Shown: positions 8,608-16,000 of the stretch, piece after piece
How positions within the stretch are numbered: the first letter of the stretch is position 1
Layout: every line of letters starts with the position of its first letter
DNA from: Veleropilina oligotropha
Taxonomy: Eukaryota
Assembly: GCA_048128005.1 (NCBI GenBank)
Contig: JBEUKZ010000050.1
Location: forward strand, 124,001 to 145,201
DNA length: 21,201 bases
Reading direction: 5' to 3'
Notes under the pieces: generated by a model
What the model was told of the DNA's origin: nothing
Databases searched by the model: none
Seen by the model: only the letters and a program-made list of their open reading frames with translations
Made by a program: the position numbers and the translations under genes

Positions 8608-9024
8608 ATGCGATTCATTTGTCGTTCAACTGATGGTGTTAATCTCTTCCCTAACAATACGCCGTATAATTTCAAAGTTCAATTACCTCAAACGATATAC
8701 CTGAAAGGAACCTGGTTAGTTGCCCTTCAGGAAATTAAAATAAGCAGTCGGTCGAGTGCAACGTCACCGGATGATATTTACGTTTATTGTAATTTGTGTG
8801 ACGTAACATTTGTCGGCGCTCATGAAGAGCCTCTTTTAAAGCGAGTGCACGTGGGTGATAAGTCGGATGTTAATATGATATTCTGGAAACGTGTATATGT
8901 TCCAATCAGACTAGGCGAAATTCACCAGATACACATTAGTATAAAAGATGCCGCTGGCAACGAGGCCGCATTTCTCAACGGAGCGGTGACGTGCGAACTC
9001 GAAGTGAAGAACGCCACGGTTTGA
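8608..9024 (+). CDS. Polinton minor capsid (penton)-like protein, short form (138 aa)
   Basis: N-terminal FPNNTPYNFKVQLPQTIYLKGTWLVALQEI and C-terminal IYVYCNLC...VG...PLLKRV...YVPI...IHQIHISIKD..G fit the Polinton penton pattern as I recall it. Confidence 0.8.
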   Translation: MRFICRSTDGVNLFPNNTPYNFKVQLPQTIYLKGTWLVALQEIKISSRSSATSPDDIYVYCNLCDVTFVGAHEEPLLKRVHVGDKSDVNMIFWKRVYVPIRLGEIHQIHISIKDAAGNEAAFLNGAVTCELEVKNATV

Positions 9025-9028
9025 ACAA

Positions 9029-9473
9029 ATGCAAGGTTCCATATATGTATCCAATCCATCCACCTGGAAAGAGTTCTATGAAAATATGTCTGCGAAGCAA
9101 TTTAATCCATACGATTATGCTAGAAAACGTCGCGGTAAATACGCATCGTTTAAGAAATCGTTTTTAATACCTGTCAATTGACACGTCGGGGGCGAATTAA
9201 AACTGGAGCAGATACGTCAAGTGGCCTCTGTCGTTGAGCGTGCGAAGGAAAATTTGGAGAGGGAACAAGCAGCCGACGTCCCTCGCATACAAGTAAGCGC
9301 ATTGACCGTCAATAAGAGGAGGCGGAAGCAGGAGAATAGGAAGAAAAAACTCTATAAAACAACATGCTTCATTGAGAGGCAACAGAAAGCAAACATCTTC
9401 CGTAAAGCAGGTGTCGACGAAGGCTAAATCTCCCAATAAGAAGGGTAAGCTCAAAGATATATGGTCTAAGTAG
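9029..9473 (+). pseudogene. Disrupted small basic (core-like) Polinton protein
   Basis: ATG 9029 reads MQGSIYVSNPSTWKEFYENM...IPVN, then in-frame TGA 9179-9181, then continues in frame through VASVVERAKENLERE. A K/R-rich tail ending KGKLKDIWSK-TAG (9471-9473) lies in another frame, just before the MCP ATG. Confidence 0.55.
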
Positions 9474-9478
9474 TAAAC

Positions 9479-10494
9479 ATGGCCTTTCTCAGTGAAGCAA
9501 ATCAGGAGATCGCACAGCCAATAGAACTCTCTCTTTTCACGAGTCCGCCAAATCAGGTGGCTATTGAAAAAGAGTATTATACAGAATGTCGCCCAATATC
9601 ATCCATCGCCACCGACTCGTCACAGGTGGAAATTCACGTATCTGGACAAGGAGCGGACTATATGAATTTATCAAAATCTCGATTGTACGTCAAGGCGAAG
9701 ATTGTGAAAGCAGACGGTTCCAATATTGCCGTGGGTGAGAAAGTGGGAATTATAAATATACCACTACAGACGATGTGGTCGCTGGTCGATATATATTTGA
9801 ATTCGAAATTAGTTTTGTTTAACACGACAAATTTTCCATACAAAGCCTACATGAAGCAAATATTGAGTACTACTGGCCAGTGGCAAGGTAGCGTGTTCCA
9901 GAAAGACACACCTCCGATGGATAGTGGCGATCCCGTTGGTCAAGCGAATACCGGATTAATTTGGCGATATCAGTATACCCAGCAGAGTCGTTTGTTTGAT
10001 GCAGAAGGCGTTTTGGCGGAAGACATTTTCGGAATGGACAAATATCTTATCAATGGTGTTGACGTTTTCATCAAGCTGTATCGTGCCATTCCACAATTCA
10101 CGCTCATGTCGAGCGAGAATAACGCGAATTACAAATAACCCTCGAGGATGTCGTGTTCAAAGTCTGCAAGGTGAAAGTCGACCCAGGTATCCTAATGAGT
10201 CATGCACAACAAATAGAACGACAACCTGTGCAGTATTACTTTAACAGAGTTGAAGTAAAAGTGAATTCAATATCGGCTAATTTAAGTGATTTTATTTGGG
10301 ATAATGTCTTCTTGTCATCGCGTCCTGAAAAGGTTATACTAGCTTTTGCAACGCAGTCCGCAGTGAGCGGTAACTATACAAAGAATCCATTCAATTTTCA
10401 ACATTTTGACATTTCTAATATTGCTCTTTACGTGGACGGCGAGAGTAGGCCGTCTCCGCCATTGCAATTACATTACGGTACTAACAGCAATGGT
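9479..10494 (+). pseudogene. Polinton major capsid protein (double jelly-roll), frameshifted and C-terminally truncated
   Basis: ELSLFTSPPNQVAIE...RPISS...DYMNLSKSRLYVKAKI...FPYKAY...KYLINGVD, then KVCKVKV...RPEKVILAF...KNPFNFQHFDI..IALYVDG. One extra A at 10133-10135 would join the two ORFs as NYKITLEDVVFKVCK. Ends in the TA tract. Confidence 0.88.
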
Positions 10495-10627
10495 ATTTAT
10501 ATATATATATTATATATATATATATATATTATATATATATATATATTATATATATATATATATATTATATATATATATATATATTATATATATATATATA
10601 TATTATATATATTATATATATATATAT

Positions 10628-10676
<49 letters not shown>

Positions 10677-10795
10677 TATATATATATATAGATATATATT
10701 ATATATATATATATTATATATATATATATATTATATATATATATATATTATATATATATATTATATATATAAATATATATATTATATATATATAT

Positions 10796-10827
<32 letters not shown>

Positions 10828-10889
10828 ATATATTATATATATATATATTATATATATATATATATATTATATATATATATATACATATA

Positions 10890-10968
<79 letters not shown>

Positions 10969-11007
10969 ATATACATTATATATATATATATTATATATAT
11001 ATATTTA
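10494..11007. repeat. (TA)n microsatellite, ~510 bp, with recurrent TT interruptions
   Basis: Directly visible; bounded by TATTTA at 10494-10499 and 11002-11007. Confidence 0.98.
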
Positions 11008-11047
11008 CATCGGCGGCTATTTAGCTCATTATGGTTTTATTGCGTTC

Positions 11048-11083
11048 ATAGAGCTATGAAGCAATAGAGCTATGAAGCAATAG
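11048..11083 (+). repeat. 16-bp direct tandem duplication overlapping an inverted repeat
   Basis: ATAGAGCTATGAAGCA twice (11048-11063, 11064-11079) plus ATAG; TTCATAG-AG-CTATGAA inverted repeat at 11045-11060. Confidence 0.9.
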
Positions 11084-11118
11084 CGAAAATAGACAAGGCG
11101 TAGTAATACCGGACTACT

Positions 11119-12048
11119 TTGATTTTGTTGGAATTCTACCGTCTGCAAAATATCAAACGAAACGTAGATATAGTCAGAGATAAAGAATTCAAACAGGCAA
11201 ATCACACATTAGATGGCCTTCTGAAAGATAGAATGAAGCATGGCAGATCGCGACCCACACAGCACAAACAAATAATTCCAGCAAATCATTTAAATCAAAT
11301 TTATTCTTACCTTGAAGGAGCCACGGTATCACCTCTTATCCTGCGTCAGTGTGTGTGGTACAATTTAGCAATCCATTTTGTAACCCGTGGGCTAGAATTT
11401 CATCGTCAGTTACGCATAAATTCATTCGATTTCCACACAGACGAGCATGGTCACTACGCTTCGCTCAATCATGAAACGCAGCAAAAAAACTACCAGGGAG
11501 GAATATCCGAGAACGAAGCGCCGTCATCAAAACGAATGTATGCCACAAACGGTCCTGTCTGTCCCGTATCGATGCTTAAGCTTCTCATTCGGAAAACTTG
11601 TCCATCAGCAGAAATTTTGTTTAATCAGTACGTCAAGGGCGCCCAGGCCAACGATCCTCTCTGGTATATAAACAAGCCAATCGCACCACGAACTTATTCA
11701 AATTTCATGTCTGATATCTGCACCGCTGCTAACGTAAACAAATATACAGCACATTGTTTACGCGCTACATCTATTCAAGCCATGAATGACAGTGGATATG
11801 AAGCACGACACATCATGTTTATGTCTGGTCACAAATCCGAGTCCGCAACACGTGCCTACAATCGATCATGCTCGACATCCCAGCGGAAATCGTTTTCAGA
11901 CACGCTGTCCGCTGTAGCATGTGGATCCTCGAATTTACCACGTGTGCAACACGCCGCTTTAACAGCAGACCCAAAAACACATCATTCACCATTGAATGCT
12001 GTAGTACCAGTCACGACTGCTCCTCTCCAAGAGCAGCAGGGGGGGTGA
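11119..12048 (+). CDS. Crypton-type tyrosine recombinase (DUF3504/KCTD1-like), probably truncated at both ends
   Basis: Catalytic residues in the expected order: HFVTRG (R), KNYQGG (K), CPV, YTAHCLRAT (HxxR), SGHKS (H), TRAY (Y). No good ATG start (TTG in track); the last codons EQQGG* come from the element B terminal motif. Confidence 0.88.
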   Translation: MILLEFYRLQNIKRNVDIVRDKEFKQANHTLDGLLKDRMKHGRSRPTQHKQIIPANHLNQIYSYLEGATVSPLILRQCVWYNLAIHFVTRGLEFHRQLRINSFDFHTDEHGHYASLNHETQQKNYQGGISENEAPSSKRMYATNGPVCPVSMLKLLIRKTCPSAEILFNQYVKGAQANDPLWYINKPIAPRTYSNFMSDICTAANVNKYTAHCLRATSIQAMNDSGYEARHIMFMSGHKSESATRAYNRSCSTSQRKSFSDTLSAVACGSSNLPRVQHAALTADPKTHHSPLNAVVPVTTAPLQEQQGG

Positions 12049-12352
12049 CCATACCTTTTATGTGGGGGTGCGGCGAGGGAAATTAAGGCTCCCAGCACCT
12101 TTTCAGAATTAATATGGATCTCAACTCAGCAGCAGGGGGGGTGAGTGTACTCTAATAGAATGGGAAAATAAAGCTCCCAGCACCCGTTCCGAGCCTAGGG
12201 TAGCTTAGAGTAGGGATGAATGCACCTTTTCCGACCCAACGTAGACTATATAGAGCCCCCGGGGACGGCCCACTACCCGAGCCGGCCCGGGCTCCTCAGT
12301 TATGCGAGCAGTAGCAGGGGGGGGTGATTGGACTTTTTAGAATGGCAAAATA
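12032..12352 (+). repeat. Three copies of terminal motif AGCAG(T/C)AG-G7/8-TGA with shared downstream boxes
   Basis: Copies at 12032-12048, 12128-12144 and 12307-12327 (AGCAGTAGCAG-G8); GCTCCCAGCACC at 12088 and 12173; TAGAATGG(G/C)AAAATA after copies 2 and 3. Confidence 0.85.
12252..12294. repeat. GC-rich hairpin repeat, copy 1
   Basis: AGAGCCC-CCG-GGGACGGC-CCACTACCCGA-GCCGGCCC-GGGCTC; second copy at 12624-12667. Confidence 0.8.
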
Positions 12353-12377
12353 GCAGCCCGGCGAAGGCTACAGGACA

Positions 12378-12566
12378 TCACTGAGGGCCCGCCAGCGTTT
12401 GATTTCGTGCAACTCCCTTTCTACCGTCTTTGGTCTTCTTCTTATATATCGCTTGTTCACCATTGTCGAGTACAACGATCAAAACGTTATAGCCCCGGTT
12501 TAAGAGGTTTTTAACGCGCCTGAAGCTCCGTTCGCTGTACAGCGTAGGAATGTCTTCCTGCGGCAT
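12378..12566 (-). CDS. Small basic hypothetical protein (62 aa, MPQEDIPTL...)
   Basis: ATG in AACATG context, lying between the two hairpin repeats; no family recognised. Confidence 0.35.
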   Translation of the reverse strand: MPQEDIPTLYSERSFRRVKNLLNRGYNVLIVVLDNGEQAIYKKKTKDGRKGVARNQTLAGPQ

Positions 12567-12623
12567 GTTGTTTTCAAGTATAACTACACAACGTCTAACA
12601 TGCCGATATAGTAGTATGTAGTA

Positions 12624-12667
12624 AGAGCCCGTAGGGACGGCCCACAACCCTCGCCGGCCCGGGCTCT
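12624..12667. repeat. GC-rich hairpin repeat, copy 2
   Basis: AGAGCCC-GTA-GGGACGGC-CCACAACCCTC-GCCGGCCC-GGGCTCT; differs from copy 1 only in the bulge and loop. Confidence 0.8.
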
Positions 12668-12714
12668 CTTTTAGACATACCCATCGGACGGGTATATCCA
12701 ATGCAAAGGATACG

Positions 12715-12990
12715 ATGTGGGGAACGGACACCTGTCAATGGCTCACCATCAGCTCCACGGAGCTATGTGGTAAGAGATGTCTGAACACGTATTGCAAAGT
12801 CCACCTGGCTCGGCTACGGCGAAATGGCTGGGGCACAAAGCCCTGCATCAAATGCGGCAAAGGCGTCTTTAACCGGTTTACGTTGTGCCGGGGTTGTGGG
12901 TATCAGAATGAAGACGTTAAGGACTGGCAACGAAAGAAAAGGGCCTTCCAGAGAGAGTTTCGCCGCATGGCTGCAATCTACCACACGTAA
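12715..12990 (+). CDS. Small double zinc-finger protein (91 aa)
   Basis: C-x10-C-x3-C-x4-C-x2-H (CQW...CGKRC..TYCKVH) followed by CIKC-x10-CRGC and a basic helix; ends 15 bp upstream of the replication gene. Confidence 0.65.
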   Translation: MWGTDTCQWLTISSTELCGKRCLNTYCKVHLARLRRNGWGTKPCIKCGKGVFNRFTLCRGCGYQNEDVKDWQRKKRAFQREFRRMAAIYHT

Positions 12991-13005
12991 TTTCCTATTA
13001 GAGAA

Positions 13006-16000
13006 ATGATTTGGCGTAGTGTATACCCCCCCAGCAACATGGATGACCTGCGCAATCTAGCGAAAGATTATGGGATTCCCGCTCGGTCGAAGCTCAAGAA
13101 GCACGACCTCGTCAGGGCAATCGCCAGGGTCCGTGCTGCGGAGTTTCGGAGCAGACTCGAGCGTGCGATGAAAACGGGAAGGTTCCCCTCCATACGTGGA
13201 GATGTGGAGAACCCCCACAAAAGAGGCCGACGTGCTCGCGAGTTGCGGCAGATTAAGGACGAGGTCGACGCCGCCCTGCAGGCTCGTAAATACGAATCCC
13301 AGGCTGAGAAAAATCCCAGGATTCGACTGAAGCCACTTCGCGCCATCACGGATCGAATCGTCAAGCGGTCTCGGAAAGAGACCCTTGCCCATGCTATTGC
13401 TCGGAAGGGGCCCGATCTTCTCATCTCCAAAATGCCCCGGACAGCCCAGGACTACCAGAAGGATCTTCTAGGGCAATTTACCACACCCGAGGGACAACGA
13501 TTCATCGACCTGGATGACCAGGTCCCTCCCCCAGTAAGGCTCCCAGCAAAAGAGCCATGGGTGGAACTCTTGAGCGACGCCAAAGACGAGTTTGAGGTCG
13601 ATGGTGCCGCGGCGGCTTTCTCCACATGGAGGGTAGAAGTGGCTGGACGGCTGGCCCTGGATGCCCGTATGACAGATGCAAGGGCGGCACAGCTCCTCAC
13701 AGCCCTTCCAAAGGGCGAGTATGTCCTTAGAATAAAGTTCTTGCGTGAGTGGGGTGAAGGTGACTGGGTGGTCGAAGACAAGTTTGACCCGGTGAAAGCT
13801 GCGAGGAAGAAGGGCCAGGGTGTCTTTGAGATCTCTCAGGACACTAAGCCGGGTGCTATCACTGGGGTCGACAAGGTCTACTACGAGAATGCCTACCCGG
13901 TCACTGCAGTCGTCTACGGCGTCTATCCTCTCAGAGAACCAAACCCCGCCAACCTGGTTCCGATGAAGAACGGCGACCTCAACTGCGTTGCCCAACGAGT
14001 GGTTGAGCACTTCGAAGGTGCCCTTAGAGGACACGGACTCACCCCGACAAGGCGGCAGAAAATACTGGAGTGGGAAGAGCGAGTCCATGTAACAGGCGCC
14101 ACTGTGGATGATATAGCTACCCTCGAGAAGATCCTCAAACGGGCGATCACCTTGAGAGACATTGCCGGCGAGGACATCTACAACAGTGGGAAATACCAGG
14201 CCAGTATGTGGAAGTCCATAGAACTCATCTGTCACAACGGCCACGCCTGGTCGAAGGACCTACACTTCCCGCAAAGTAGAGAGATCCACCTGTATGAGGG
14301 CGATGTCTGGGAAGCTATTCAACAAGCCACACAGAATGAGCCATTGGCTGTCTGGCTCCTAGGCGGTAAAGACCGACAGCTCGGCGTGGACCAGTTCGTG
14401 CTGCAAGATGGCCGCACTTACCGGACAAAAGAGGCTCACGAGAGACTCCAAGAAGCCTGTACAGCGCTGGGGAATGAGTCCCTAGCCGATCGAGCCTTTG
14501 GCGTGAACCATGCAGCTAGCATTATGGCCAAAGAGAACAACGGCTGGAAACCTACCCCAGCGGGCCTGCTCGATGATATCCAGAAGGCCTGCGTAGAGCA
14601 TGGCCATGGTGGCCTGTGGAATTCCATGAACTACGATACGGGCGATGTCTGCTGCATCGACATGAAAGCCTGCTACCCTGCCAGCTTTCTGGGGAAGGGC
14701 GAGGCTAAGCCGTACTTCGAAAGATTCGGGCACCCAACCCACAGCATGACCCGGGTCGCAATTAACGGTCCTCTACCCCGAGAAATCGGTACCGGGTTTG
14801 CCGAGGTCGTGGAATGGGAGTTCGCACAAGACATCCACCCCATCATTCCCGCCTGGTTCGGAAAGCACTTTGCAGAAATGAGTTGGGCCCCGACGCCTCT
14901 GCTCGCATTCCTCATAGAATCTGGACTGCTAAAAAGCCTCAAGATCCGAGAGGCCATTATCGCCTTCAAAAATCAACTCGATGTCTGGCTTCCTCTGGAT
15001 CGTGACCAGGGATGCAGTATCATCGGCAAATTCACCCAAGGCGCCAAGGCTGACGGCAAAAGATTGACTCGTAGACTGGTGACCGACCAGGGTGAGCTCG
15101 ACTTCCTCGTAAGAGACACCCGCCAAAGCGGCACCCTGGTTGGCGCTCCTCAGAGATGCCCCCTCGGTCACATCCTCACGTACTATGATGGCTCCCAGCC
15201 TCAGTACGCCCACCTGAGGGCATCCATGTTGGCCTATGCACACATAAACCTCTTGAGCATGCTGAAGCGTTTCAGTGCAGCAGAAGCTGTCCGGGTAGCC
15301 ACTGACAGCATCTACCTCAAGAAGGCCTCGTTGGAGAAGCTCGACGATGTCACGGTGTACGTTGCCCCCAGACTCTGCGACTGTGGCGAGAAATCGTGCA
15401 TCTCATGTCTGATCGCGGAGCCGTACCTTCCGCCAGTAGCACCGGCCCAGTGGCGTGACAAGGGGGAACAGCTTTACCTGCCACAGGAACATGCCGCATA
15501 CCTGCCCAAGCCAGAGTATTGTTGTGCCGCCAATTCCAGCCAGCCAAGCACCGCGCCTTGCTACAATGACACGCTGACCCACCATCGCCTGAGTTACCTC
15601 AATGGTGGAGGGGGCTGTGGCAAGACTACGAGAGCTATAGAGCTCTTCCGGGCAAGGAATCCCACCGTGTTCACGCCAACCCACCGCCTCGCTAAAGAGA
15701 TGCGAACCAGAGGCGTCAAAGCCCAGACCTACCACAGTTTCTTCCGATGGAGCGGCCAGACTGACTGGACACCCGACCGCATGGGTCAGAAGTTCATCCC
15801 CCGCGTCATTATCTGGGATGAGGTCTGTACTGTTCCCCGGCCTATCCTCGAGATGTTCTTGGACTGGCTGGGCCACCACGAAGTTCAGGTTATCTGCTGT
15901 GGCGATCAAGGCCAGCCACCACCGATTACGGGCGAGATGCCGCACGATTGGCTGCGACAGACCGCGGACTACTATGAGGAGATCGAAGTAGATTACAGGG

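Larger units (their letters stand above)
8603..10494 (+). mobile_element. Polinton/Maverick (adintovirus-like) element A, degraded capsid module
   Basis: Closely packed, co-oriented penton, basic protein and major capsid genes with similar start contexts (GAACAATG, GAACAAATG, TAAACATG). Confidence 0.85.

Noticed and set aside
10406..11067. Ile/Tyr-rich ORFs (217 aa, and the tail of the 304-aa ORF)
   Set aside because: Translation of the (TA)n tract, which happens to lack stops in these frames; not proteins.
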